Positions 18,130-31,037 of a stretch of 64,000 bases of DNA are shown piece after piece. Source of the DNA: the human T2T-CHM13v2.0 reference genome, Homo sapiens. The notes beneath the pieces were generated by a model. It was not told the DNA's origin and made no database searches. It worked only from the letters and a program-made list of their open reading frames with translations. Positions within the stretch are counted from its first letter, which is position 1; each line of letters opens with the position of its first letter. Location: assembly GCF_009914755.1 (NCBI RefSeq), contig NC_060929.1; one strand, given 5' to 3'. A program made the translations under genes and the position numbers.

Positions 18130-21100
18130 TTGTGTTTTGAATCTCTCTCATTAAAGCCCTTATATCTAATATATCTGTTTGGTTCTTTCTCATGATGTTT
18201 ATCTCTTTCTTTTAATTTCTCATTAAGAGTGTACATTCCTTTTCTAATATTGTCGAATTTCCTATCTGTGTTATTTTCTATCTTGCTGAGTTTCCCTAAG
18301 TGCACTATTTTAAATTCATTTTCAGGCATTTCAAATATTTTCATTCTTTGGGTAATTGTTACAGACTATTGTGTTTCTTCAAATGTGTCATGTTTCCTTG
18401 CTTGTTCATATTTCTCATGCTCCTTCATTGGTATCTGTGCATCTGGTAGAAGAGTCTCTTCTTCTAATTTTATGCAGTAGATTTCTTGGGGAAGATTTTT
18501 TTCGTTTTTTTTGTTGTTGTTGTTGTTCTGTAATGTGTTCTATAGTGTTGGTTGGGTAGAGTGCTTTAGTTTTGGCCTTGGGTGAACATAGTAGTGTACA
18601 CTTCATATAATTTCTTTGACTGCAATGCACATCAATGGTGTGTGCAAGTACCTCAATAGCCTAGGCTGTGGTTGTTTTGGAAGCTGTGGAAAAGCCTTGC
18701 TGGAAGCAGAGATGCTAGCTGGGCCAAACCCAATAGCTTTGCCACCTGCTATGCTCCCACATTTGCTTCTGGGGGATGGGGTTGCCAGCAGAGGCAGCAG
18801 ACCCTGGGCAGGAAGCTATTAGGTTCTGGTGTGCACACATATTTAACCCCTATGACCTAGGCATAGCCTCTCCTTTGTTCTAGACTGCTTTTTTCCTGAA
18901 TTTCAGGGTGCTGTATGGAATCGGGTGCTGGAGTCATGGCTGCATTGCTGGGTGTGGCTATTGTAATGCTGCAGCTCATGGATTAATGTAATGGATTGTT
19001 GGGAGGGCTTCAGGAATGTGGAGTTGCAGGGGCTACTTGATTCCAGGGCAGGATGCACTCTGGTGGTGACTCCTCTCTGAAAATGCTAATGTACTGTGGC
19101 TTCTGGAGTCATGGGGGTGGAAGAGACACAGACTGAATTCTTTCTCTGAATTAATGCAGTCATGTGGACTCCAGGAACATTCCTATACTGGACTCAAGGC
19201 CAGCTAGGACTATGATATTCTCCTGTAGCTAGGATTGCAGGTGCCTGTGATGGACATGTGGTCTTCCGGGGACTTCTGCTTAACTTTTCCTTACTGTGCG
19301 GAGTCCCTCTTGTTTCAAAGTTGATGTGGGCTATGTGCATTGCTTCCCTCTCTAAACTGCCATTCCAAGTCTTCGTGACTCAGATGGTACTCATCACTTC
19401 TTTGCTGAATTCCAGTATAACCCCTAGACACTCTGTTAAATATGTTGTTATTTATTTGTTCTTTTGGTCTTTTTGTATGGAGCACATGAGTAAAGGCTGG
19501 GTACATTTACTCAGCCATATGATGATGTTTTCAATCTTTAATATATGTTCCTTTTAATGGATGAAACCATCGGAAGTAAAATTGAAACTTTTTACTTTTT
19601 CTATAATCAGGCAAAATATGCAGGCATTGAAACGTCTTAGGCTGGCTGTAATTCCTCTGCTTACCACTGCCTCTGCTTTAAGACCTCTGGGGCCTGCAGC
19701 AAATGTAATCTCCACCAGCTGGAATCTTTCTTTTACAGCCTCAGGCCACAGCTGGAGAAAAGGCAGTTCTTGGATCAAAAGTTCTTGGATGGACTAAAAT
19801 TATAGTCAATGCCTGATTTAGAGTGCAGTGTAAGTCCATTGTTTCCTTATTGATGATTTGTTCATTGCTGAAATTTGAGTGTTCCCTTTTATTATTGTAT
19901 AGCAATCCATGAACCATTAATATTTTCTTTATATATTTAGGTGCTCTAATGTTTGGTGCATATATATTTAAAATGTTATGTCCTCTAATTGAATTGACTC
20001 ACTTATCATTCTATAATAAGTTTTTGGTATTTTTTAACAGTTTTTGACTGAAAATAAATTTAAATCTTATGTAGGTGTAGCTACTCCTGCTCTTTTTCAG
20101 TTTCCATTTGCCCAAAGTATATTTTTCTATCCCTTCACTTTCAGTCTATTTGTGTCTTTATAGGTGAAGTGTGTTTCTTATAGACAGTAGATAGTTAGGG
20201 CTTGTTTATTTTATATCCATTCAACCACTCTGTATTTTCATTGGAGAGTTTAGTCTATTTACATTCAATGTTACTATGGATGAGTAAGAATTTACTACTG
20301 CCATTTTGTCACTTGTTTTCTGATTGTTTTGTAGACCTCTCATCCTTTCTTCCTTCATTTCTTCCTTCCTTCCTCTCTTTCTTTTTATGAAAATGACTTT
20401 CTCTAGTATGTTTTAATTTCTTGCTTTTTATTTTTTGTATGTCTGTTGTAGGTTTCTGGATTTGAGGTTACCATGAGATAGCAAATGACATTTTATAACT
20501 CATTATTTTAAACTGATGACAACTTAATATTATTTACAAAAATGAACAAACTAGCTAACAAGCAAAAAGAAAACTAATAAAAACTCCAGACTTTATTCCC
20601 TCTGCTTTTTAGGTTTTTGTTTCTAATTATATCTTCTTATACTGTCTATGACTTGAAAAGCTGTTGTAGTTATGATATTTGATAGTTTAACTTTTAGTCT
20701 TTCTGCTCAAGATATAAGTAGTTTACATACCACAGTTATAGTTATTAGAATATTCTGTATTTTTCTGTATATTTAGTATTTCCAGTGAGTTTTCTGCCTT
20801 CACATGATACCTTGTTGGTCAGTAATGTCCTTTTATTTCAGATTAAAGAACTTTAACATTTTTTGTAGGACAGATCTTTGATGACATTCCTCAGCTTTTG
20901 TCTGTCTAGAAGTCTTTGCTTCTCTTTCATGTTTGAAGGATATTTTCACTGGATATACTATTCTAGGATAAAAGTTTCTTTATCCTTCAGAAGTTTAAAT
21001 ATATCCTGCCACTCTCTTCTGGTCTGTAAGATTTCCACTGAGTAGTCTGTTCTGGGATGTATTGGACCTCTTTTGTGTGTTAGTTTTCATTGCGGCTTTT

Positions 21101-22169
21101 AGGATCCTTTCTTTATCCTTGACCTTTGAGGATATGCATATGAAATGTCTTGAGGTAGTCTTACTTAAGTCTGCTTGGTGTTACCTCACCTTCTTGTACT
21201 TGAACATGATATCATTCTCTAGGTTTGGGAAGTTCTCTGTTGTTATCACTCAGAATAAACTTTCCACCCAATCTCTTTCTTCTTACCTCCTCTTTAAAAT
21301 CCGTAACTCTTAGATTTGCCCTTTTGAGGCTATTTTCTAAATCTTGTAGGCATGCTTCATTCTCTTTTTTTCTGTATCCCCTAACTGTGTATTTTCAAAT
21401 AGCCTGTCTTCAAGTTCACTAATTCTTTCTTCTGCTTAATTTCAATTCTGCTGTTGAGAGACTCTGATACATTCTTTGGTATGTCCATTGAATTTTCCAG
21501 CTCCAGAATTTCTGTTTGATTTGTAAAAATTATTTCAATCTCTTTGTTAAATTTATCTGATACAATTCTGAGTTCTTTCTCTTTGTTATCTTAAATTTCT
21601 TTGAGTTTCCTCAAAATAGCACTTCTGAATTTTCTGTCTGAAAGTTTACTTATCTGTTTTTTCCAGGATTGGTCACCGTTGCCTTAATTATTTTGTTTGT
21701 TGAGGCCATGTTTTCCTGGATGGCCTTGATGCTTGTAGTTGTCTGTCAATGTCTAGGTATCAAATAGTTAGGTATTTATTCCAATCTTCACAGTCTGGTC
21801 TTGTTTGTAACTGCCCTTGGTGAGAAGGTTTTCCAAGTATTCGAAGGGAATGGAATGTTGTGATCTAAGTCTTTGGTCACTGCAGCCATATCTGCATTAA
21901 GGGGCACCCTGAGCCCAGTAATGCTGTGATTCTTGTAGACTTGTAGAATCACTGCCTTGGTGGTCTTGGGTAAGATCCAGGATAATTCCCTGGATTCCCA
22001 GGCAGAATGTCTTGTTCACTTATCTTACTTTTTCTCAAACAGAATCTTTCTCTCTGTCCTTATTGTTCTGGAGTTGGGGAAGGAGTGCCACAGCTACCCC
22101 TATCATCACTACCACTGTGACTTTGCTGGGTCAGACCTGAAGCCAGGACAGTACTGGGTCTCACTGAAG

Positions 22170-23120
22170 GCCTGTGGTACCTGGCTACCACTGATGTTTA
22201 TTCAAGGTCCAAGGGCTCTTTAATCAACGGATTGCGAATCCAGCCAGGTTTGTCTCATTCCCTTGATAGTAGTGGATTCTCTTCTGGCCAAGGGTGGGTC
22301 TAGAAATGCTGTTAGAGAGCTAGGACCTCAAGTTGGGAACTTTAGGAATCTATTTAGTGGTTTGTTTTACTGTGGGTGAGCTGGTACCCAAGTTGAAAAA
22401 CGAAGTCCACTTTATCTTTCTCTCCCCTTTCCTCATGTGGAAGGAGTCTCTCCCTGTGGCCATCACTGTTTCAGGCCCATAATGAGTACTGCCTGGCTAT
22501 CACTGTTGTTTATTCAAGGCCCAAGTGCTCTCTAATTAGGTTGTGGTGAATCCTGCCAGGTTTGGGTCTCTCCATTCAGAGCAGCAGGTTCCCTTCTGGC
22601 CTGGGGTGGGCAGAGTGCATCTAGAAAAGACATTCAGGTGTTAAGTCCTGGAATTGGGGACTTTAGGAGTCTGCTTGGTGCTTTATCTTAATGTGGCTGA
22701 GCTGGTGCTCAAGTTGCAAGACAAAGTTCTTTTCATTCTTCCCTCTCCTTTCCTTAAGCAGAAGGTGTCTCTCTCCAGGGCTACCACAGCTGGAAATGTG
22801 GTGGGTCAGTTGAAGCCAACATGCTACTGGGTCTCACTCAAGGCCCATTGCAAGTACTGTCTGGCTACTGCTGATGTTTATTTAAGGTCCAAGGGCTCAT
22901 TTGTCAGCAGGTCATAAATACTGTCAGGACTGGGTCCTTCCTTTCAAGGAGATGGTTTCCCTTCTGGCTCAGGTTGTGTCTAGAAATGTCATTTAGGATC
23001 TAGGGTCTAAAACAGAGAATTCAGGATTCTGCTTGGTGCTTTATTTTAATTGTGGCTGAGCTGGTATCCAAGTTGCAAGACAAAAATCCTCTTTATTCTT
23101 CTCTTCCCTTTTCTCAAGTG
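22170..23120. repeat. Three diverged ~320-370-bp monomers in L1 5'UTR
   Basis: 'ctggctac..ctgatgtttattcaagg.ccaag' at ~22181, ~22493 and ~22861; 'gagctggt...caagttg' at ~22378, ~22698 and ~23058. Confidence 0.8.
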
Positions 23121-23314
23121 GAAAGAGTACCTCCCAGTGCTGTAAGCTCTGCTGCCTAGAGTTGGGAGAGCGGTAACACAAGCATTTCCTTGGCCACCCC
23201 AGCTGGTGTCTCACTAGGTAATGTGCATTCCAAGTCCACTGGATCTGAGCCCAGCACAGCACAAGGACTTGCCCAGGAATTGAAGTCACTGTGGCCTAGA
23301 CTGCCTTCCAAATT

Positions 23315-24924
23315 TTATTTATTTACTTATTTATTTTTATTTTTATTATTATACTTTAAGTTTTAGGGTACATGTGCACAATGTGCAGGTTTTTTACATA
23401 TGTATACATGTGCCATGTTGGTGTGCTGCACCCATTAACTCATCATTTAACATTAGGTATATCTCCTAATGCTATCCCTCCCCCCTCCCCCCACCCCACA
23501 ACAGGCCCCGGTGTGTGATGTTCCCCTTCCTGTGTCCATGTGTTCTCATTGTTCAATTCCCACCTAGGAGTGAGAACATGCGGTGTTTGGTTTTTTGTCC
23601 TTGCAATAGTTTGCTGAGAAAGATGGTTTCCAGCTTCATCCATGTCCCTACAAAGAACATGAACTCATCCTTTTTTATGTCTGCATAGTATTCCATGGTG
23701 TATATGTGCCCCATTTCCTTAATCCAGTCTATCATTGTTGGACATTTGGGTTGGTTCCAAGGTTTTGCTATTGTGAATAGTGCCTCAATAAACATACGTG
23801 TGCATGTGTCTTTATAGCAGCATGATTTATAATCCTTTGGGTATATACCCAGTAATGGGATGGCTGGGTCAAATGGTATTTCTAGTTCTAGATCCCTGAG
23901 GAATCGCCACACTGACTTCCACAAGGGTTGAACTAGTTTACAGTCCCACCAACAGTGTAAAAGTGTTCCTATTTCTCCACATCCTCTCCAGCACTGGTTG
24001 TTTCCTGACTTTTTAATCATCTCCATTCTAACTGGTGTGAGATGGTATCTCATTGTGGTTTTGATTTGCATTTCTCTGATGGCCAGTGATGATGAGCATT
24101 TCTTCATGTGTTTTTTGGCTGCATAAATGTCTTCTTTTGAGAAGTGTCTATTCATATCCTTCGCCCACTTTTTGATGGGGTTGTTTTTTTCTTGTAAATG
24201 TGTTTGAGTTCATTGTAGATTCTGGATATTAGCCCTTTGTCAGATGAGTAGGTTGCAAAAATTTTCTCACATTCTGTAGGTTGCCTGTTCACTCTGATGG
24301 TGGTTTCTTTTGCTGTGCAGAAGCTCCTTAGTTTAATTCGATCCCATTTGTCAATTTTGGCTTTTGTTGCCATTGGTTTTGGTGTTTTAGACATGAAGTC
24401 CTTGCCCATGCCTATGTCCTGAATGGTATTGCCTAGGTTTTCTTCTAGGGTTTTTATGGTTTTAGGTCTAACATGTAAGTCTTTAATCCATCTTGAATTA
24501 ATTTTTGTATAAGGTGTAAGGAAGGGATCCAGTTTCAGCTTTCGACATATGGCTGGCCAGTTTTCCCAGCACCATTTATTAAATAGGGAATCCTTTCCCC
24601 ATTTCTTCTTTTTGTCAGGTTTCTCAAAGATCAGATAGTTGTAGATATGCAGCATTATTTCTGAGGGCTCTGTTCTGTTCCATTGGTCTCTATCTCTGTT
24701 TAGGTAACAGTACCATGCTGTTTTGGTTACTGTAGCCTTGTAGTATAGTTTGAAGTCAGGTAGCGTGATGCCTCCAGCTTTGTTCTTTTGGCTTAGGATT
24801 GACTTGGCGATGCGGGCTCTTTTTTGGTTCCATATAAACTTTAAAGTAGTTTTTTCCAATTCTGTGAAGAAAGTCATTGGTAGCTTGATGGGGATGGTGT
24901 TGAATCTATAAATTACCTTCGGCA
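23315..24924 (-). mobile_element. L1PA4-like 5'-truncated element (~1.6 kb)
   Basis: 3'UTR 'cccattaactcatcatttaacattagg' lacks the Ta ACA. ORF2 C-terminus in two frames (23553-24155, 24152-24925), frameshifted at a homopolymer run. Confidence 0.85.
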
Positions 24925-26454
24925 TCTTAGTGCACTTTAGCCCACGGTGGTGGGGCTAGCCAGAGCTCAGTTTCTGACCGAAGGGTTAGATGATTCCGCT
25001 CTGGTTAGGGCTTGTCTAAATGCTCCCTCTGTGGGCTTTGGCTGAATTCTGCCCTGTGTTGCTTTCCACTGTGACAGGGAAACACTTGAATTTCAGTGCA
25101 AAGTCTCACAATTACTACACTCCAATTCCTCCAAGCATACAGATTCTATCCCTGTGCCTCACAGCTTTTGCTAGGTAATACGGGATAAGTGGTATCAGCA
25201 ATTCAAGACTATCTTTTCTACCCTCTTCAATGCCTCTTTCCTTGATATGATGCTAAAACCAAGTACTGTGAATACTCACCTGAGTTTTAGTTCTTAGAAA
25301 GCTGCTTTCTTGTGTGGATGGTTGTTCAGTTTGGTGCTCCTGCATGGAGGGTCATCACTGGAGTGTTCTATTTGACCATCTTGTTCTGCCTCCTCTCCTT
25401 TATGTTTTTTTTTTTATTAGAGAATTCAATTCATTTATATTCAAGGTAATTATTGATAGGTAAAACTTACCGTTGTAGGCAGCAAGCTTCATTAAAACAC
25501 TTATTTTGAATTCTTTGCTAGACAGTTTATACAACTTCACTTCTTTTGGATTGGTCACTGGGGACTTTATTTTGTCCCTGTTTTCAGCATTCCAGAATAC
25601 AGGTACTATAAAAAATAGAAGTCAAATAAATGGAAATGAATATAGTGTGTTTGTGGTTTAGATATAGATTTGTTAACTGACTAATGGAGCATAGGTAACT
25701 TTTTTTTGTATCTAAACCACTTCTCACTAGAAAAGAAGTGAGGACAATAATAGAGCAACACAAAAGAAACCTATACAGAAGCAGTGGAAAATGATGTTGG
25801 CGAGCTGTGGTGGAGAGGATAGTGAACAGAAATGAATTACTGAATAACTTGGTGTTTGATTGCAAAAATGTTGACTACATTAAATCTCATTGAAGTCTTT
25901 GTTACTAGGAGAAATTTTTGAACTCTTTTTACTTTGACACATGACAAAGAAAGAGACAAAACCTACAGTCAGGAGAGTAGTGCTCATAGTTAAGCTCCTT
26001 ATTTGCCATGCAGCCTGGGGCATATTATGGCACCAAGTAGCAATTTCTCCTCTTTATAATGGGCAAGATACTAATTTCTACCTTCTGAGTGTGGACTTCA
26101 ATCATAGCACAATGCCTGGCGTATATTATGGGTCTAAATATATTTAATGAATATATAAATAAATTTATGTTTAAAAGTATGTAAATAAAATAATTTATAT
26201 ACAGCTCTTCCAAGACATGCTGTCTCATAGATAAAGCATTTAAGAAATATTAATTGATGTTACCTAATGTTGTTATGATATATGTATGTATATGTATGTC
26301 AAAATGACAGACACATTATGTTAACTATATGTAACTATATTATATATATGTAACTACATTTTATATATAGCCATTATGAAGACTACTGCATTGCATATGT
26401 ATTTATGTATATTGTGTGTTTATTCATACTTTTTTTTAAAGGAAGATTCGGAAG

Positions 26455-26890
26455 GGACAGATAAGATGACAGATTAGCATTCTCCAGCAATCATCTCCCC
26501 GCAGAAACATCAATATAAACATCTATCTATGCAGGAAAATGCCTTCGCAAGAGCTGAGGAAAGCAATTCAAAGATCATAGTACCTGGTTGTCACACACAA
26601 TAAGAAAAGACACATTGAAGAGGACAGAAAGGACAATTTTACATTTAGCCTCCCCCAGTCCTCAGCAGCATAGCCTGGAGAGAGATACTGTTCACTTGGA
26701 AGAAAGAGAAGTAAGCACAGGGCTTTGCTTTGGACTCCAACATCAGGCCCATTGCAGTAAAACCAGCGCTGGGCAGCCCCCCGTGGCTGCAGATTTCAGG
26801 CTGGTACTCAAAGGCTGAGACTCCAGAGACTGCCTGGTACCAGGCAAGACCCCACAGCCCTAGTCTTCAAGCCTGCAAGGCCAACTTGAT
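26455..26890 (+). mobile_element. Old L1 5'UTR fragment
   Basis: 'aagatgacagattag...cccgcagaaacatcaat...aagaaaagacacattgaagaggacagaaaggacaattttacat' resembles L1M 5' ends. Confidence 0.55.
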
Positions 26891-26899
26891 TTAGACTAC

Positions 26900-26972
26900 A
26901 TGTGACCCACAATACCTTAAATATTTACTACCTGGCCTTTTACAGAAAAAGTTTTGCCAGCCCCTAATCTAG
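26900..26972 (+). mobile_element. MER58-like hAT-Charlie terminal fragment
   Basis: 'aatatttactacctggccttttacagaaaaagttttgccagcccct'. Confidence 0.7.
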
Positions 26973-27179
26973 ATCAAAGATGACAAGTCTATGGCTTATT
27001 TGCTGATAGTTTATCCTGCTCTGCCAATGGCAGACGTCTTTAATGTTTTACCGAATTCTCCTCCATCTGCTTCAGAATCTCTACCAGCATAGTAGTCCTA
27101 AAAGTTATTGCCAACCTAGTGGATTTTTCATTTTAGCCTGCAAGTCCTCATACTCAGAAGAATTTTGTGACAGTCTCTT

Positions 27180-27623
27180 AGTGTTTCCAATCCTATTTTT
27201 CTAACCTTTTAGTGTATTCTAGCTGACTTCCACTGCCAGTATCTCTACGTCTTTTGCCCAAGGGCTTTTTCCAAAGTCATTGAAGGTGGCTCTCCTCCTA
27301 CTCACAGCCGTCCAGAAATGCCAAGGAATTAACACCTCTGGGAGCAGTGTCAGGAGTTGGTGTATAAATACCCCAGCTCTCTTCCATTTTGGGTAGGATA
27401 ATTATGAGACATTTTTAACAAAATCTCCCAGAGTTTCCCCATGAGGTTAAGCTCAATTTGCTCATTATGATATCTGGCCTAATGAGGCACCTTTATTGGC
27501 TACTTTCCATTCCCTCTGTCACTATTCTCCTCACTGCAAGTGTTCCCTGACTCTCCAAAATAAACTACTTGCATCTGAATCCTTGTCTCAGAGTGTGCTG
27601 CTGGGGAAATCCAAACCAAGACA
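27180..27623 (+). mobile_element. LTR16-type ERVL solo LTR
   Basis: 'ggtgtataaataccccagctc' and 3' end 'aaataaactacttgcatctgaatccttgtctcag...ggggaaatccaaaccaagaca'. Start approximate. Confidence 0.75.
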
Positions 27624-28934
27624 GATTTCAAACCTACTTCTCTATGGAAGTAATGCTTTTACAAAGGCCTCTAATTTAAAGCATCATGAACTTCACTTAC
27701 AAGTCCTCAAAATTGCTGCCTGCAGTTACTCATTTTGAGGACAGCCCAATTTTTTGTGGTCTGATGTATCTATTGTTGACTCTGACATTACAGATGGGTC
27801 AACCAATTAATTTTCTGATGGTATACAGAGTGCTTTTCAGTCTTCTTCTCCAGGCTCCTATTAGTGAAGAAACTTCCTAGGTGCCCTTACAATGGAAAAT
27901 TCACAACCAATAAACACTTGAATCTTAAGATTTACATTGGCCAGGCAGGTCATTATACCAAAGTCTAATAATAACTCAATTTTTCCTTATACCCTGGCAC
28001 AAAATGCAGGCAGCTGTGTCCAATTATGCTGAGCACAGCAAACTCAAACTTATTAAAGGTAAGAAGCAGGCTGTTTCAGGATGTGAAAAACTCAACATAA
28101 GGTGAAGCTAATTTCTCAAGTGTACGGTTTACTTGCTGTTTTTGTTTCATTTTATTTCTCAAGCCAATATTGTTTTTAGTTCTCAATGTAGGGAAGGAAA
28201 CATGGTCCTCATTAATACACAAAAGTCACAGTCCAAATATATATGCTCCATTCCTGGGTCAACCAGCAACTCTACTGACTAACCCACAGCAAATCACTTG
28301 TTTCATTTACTGACTAGGAAAATGCATTTAACAGTGCCTTCTAGTAAAAGAAAAAAAAAAGGTTTATATAAGGCTTTAAGATCTGAAACCAAGATACAGA
28401 AAAAAGCAAGATGATGAAGCATTTTAATTAATTGTCACATGGGTCCACCTGAAATATTGGAACACTGTGTTTTATGAAGTGATATTTGTGAAACAGAAAA
28501 AAAAATTATTTTGTTATGATCTGCAAAAAAAAAAAAAAGTATTTCTTCCAGCAACTTTTTCTCCTTTGACCACCTCTGGCTTCCCCAGAGTAGTTGATTC
28601 CATCAGCAACTTGTTCTATCACCAAATTATTCTGATGATGTTTTCTAAGCATTTAAGCAGAGTTTTCCATGCTGCAACACAGACCTGGCATAACTTGTTT
28701 CTTTCCTCTAATGGAAATAATTTATCCCTCTGCTAGCTTTCTCTAATGAGGGCAAGCCAGGGATTCGTCTCTTTTCTCACTCTTTCACTAATTGAATTTG
28801 ATTTTTCCTGTACCATAAGATACTTTACAGCTGTGTCCAAAACAATGCACACAGTAGTTTTTCATGCTGTCAAGATGAATTTTTATTTTTCTAAACAACT
28901 TTCATATCCCCTGTCTAAATTAAGTCCTCTGTCA

Positions 28935-29323
28935 TAATGATCCCCAACACTTTTGGCACCAGGAACTGGTTTTGTGGAAGACAATTTTTCCACAGATGGA
29001 GGGGTGTGGGGGGGGTGAGGGGTAGGGGAGGTACAAAGAGGGGATGGTAGGCCAGAGGAGGAGTTTCAGGATGAAACTGTTCCACCTCAGATCATCAGGC
29101 TTTAGATTCTCATAAGGAGTGTGCAACCTAGATCTGTTGCATGCACAGTTCACAATAGGGTTCTGGCTTCTGTGATAATCTAATGCCACCACTAATATGA
29201 CAGGAGGCAGAGTTCAGGTGGTAATGCTCGCTTGCCCACAACTCGCTTCCAGATGTGCAGCCCAGTTCCTAGACAGGACACTGATGAAAACTGGTGAGTG
29301 GCCCTGGGGGGTTGGGGCCCCTG
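28935..29323 (+). mobile_element. MER1B hAT-Charlie DNA transposon
   Basis: 'tccccaacacttttggcaccaggaactggttttgtggaagacaattttt', 'gatgaaactgttccacctcagatcatcaggc', terminal 'ggttggggcccctg'. Confidence 0.88.
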
Positions 29324-29629
29324 CATCTATCATGCTTACTCATGTTATACTGTGCTTTTCATTCATTGACTTTAGAGCCGTTTGTAATTATTTATTCATT
29401 TTGTTGGTTATGCAACTAATGTTTCTTTACCACCGCTAGTCTATATGCCTCCAGAGGACAGGAATCCTATTTGTCCATTCCTATATTCTCAGTGTTTTTC
29501 CTAACACATAGTATTGTTGAATGATACTAATTACATATTATTTACACTTAACATACTTATATATCACATTTATTAATATATAATCATTATTCAACAATGC
29601 TATGTTCCAAAAATATACTTAGCCCTGAA

Positions 29630-29745
29630 GATATGTATATATATGTAAAATATGTATACATGCATATACTATATACTGCCTGCATATATACTATAGATAC
29701 ATTATGTATACATGTATGTGTACAAATATGTTTATTTATTTATAT
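29630..29745. repeat. Degenerate (TA/TG/CA)n low-complexity tract
   Basis: atatgtatatatatgtaaaatatgtatacatgcatatact... Confidence 0.7.
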
Positions 29746-30579
29746 GACCCAAAAATATAGAGTTACTTTTCTTTTGAAATACTGAATTTTTATAAGTTTT
29801 GATCAAAGGAAATGAGAAACTTGTTGAAGTCTGTTGTCCAAGTTATGTTTATTTTTAACTTTCTAAGAAGATACTAAGTTTGTTTTTTATTGTTTCAGAC
29901 TGAGAATGTACAATGCACTGGCTACATTTATATTAGTTGCCATGGTTTCAAATACTTCAGAAATTGTCCAAGAAAGGAGTGGAATTTTTCTCACCATGCA
30001 AAGATGTTTTTCCCTAACTTGTTTGTGCCCACGTAATGTACCAGTTTGAATCGTCTGCTTTTCTCCTCCCCATCTGTGCTGTTTTCAAGGGGCGGAGAGG
30101 AAAAGAAAAGAAAAAAGCAGGTAGAAGAGAGTTAGACATAGTTTCATTCCAGCATCTATTAGCTCACAATTTCATACTCTTGGTTGTAAACTGAAGGCCT
30201 CTTACATAGTATAGACAGCATCTATAATATGTTTTGCTTTTCTCAAATAATTCCTACATGACCATATAACAGTTTTTGTAGAAAAGGCAGGGCAAAGACT
30301 ACTAATTCTCAAGAGGCTGAACTGTCAGAAGAGATTTTATGCTAACAGTTTTATTCCTGCTGTTGCTGCTGTTGTTTTTAATTATTCTTTTATGACCAGT
30401 TGGAAGGATCTACTTTTGTAGAGATGACTGCCTTTGCTTCTGCTTAATTACTCATCTGTATTATTATCTCAATTCTCCTAAAAAGGAAAATACGTCTTGT
30501 CTAGAGAAAGTGTTATTTACTCACAGTTTTATGGCTTCTTTTCCACTGCAGTATTATTGCATTCCCACTTTCTCTTAGT

Positions 30580-30900
30580 AATGGTTATTATTTATTAAAT
30601 ACTTATTATGTGCTTGAAACTGTGTTTAATATGATAGAGTCAATATTTACTTAACCCTCGCAATAACCCTGTAGCATAGATGCTATAATTATTCCCGTTT
30701 TAAAGATGAGAAAACTGAGTCAGAATCCAATGTGTGGATCTAAAACTCTAAAATAGACCTTTATTACATTAGACATGTATCAATTTATCAATTTAGGAAA
30801 TTTATTGACAGCTAACTATGAGAGAGGTAATTTTATAAGTTCTGGAATATACATTAATGAACAAAATAAAGTTTCTGCCCTCATAAAACTTCTATTCTAA
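30580..30900. mobile_element. MIR followed by L2 fragments
   Basis: 'attcccgttttaaagatgagaaaactgagtcaga' (MIR core); 'atttattgacagctaactatg...ctgccctcataaaacttctattcta' (L2). Confidence 0.6.
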
Positions 30901-30965
30901 TGATCTACACAGGGCTACCCTGCCTCTTGTATCATTTATTCAAGCAAAAGGAAGATTTTGCCTAA

Positions 30966-31037
30966 AAATATTGGGGTATTTCACTCTTTGTAAGTTACTT
31001 TAAATATTGGGGTATTTCACCCTCTGTAAGTTACTTT
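30966..31037. repeat. 36-bp tandem duplication
   Basis: aaatattggggtatttcac(t/c)ct(t/c)tgtaagttacttt x2, with 2 mismatches. Confidence 0.9.

Larger units (their letters stand above)
19818..25395 (-). mobile_element. 5' half of an old L1 (L1PB/L1MA, L1M1-type 5'UTR), 3' part missing
   Basis: EN-region remnant from 19818, degraded ORF1 at ~20800-21650, repeated 5'UTR, and 5' terminus 'tttgaccatcttgttctgcctcctc' (rc gaggaggcagaacaagatgg). Confidence 0.75.
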
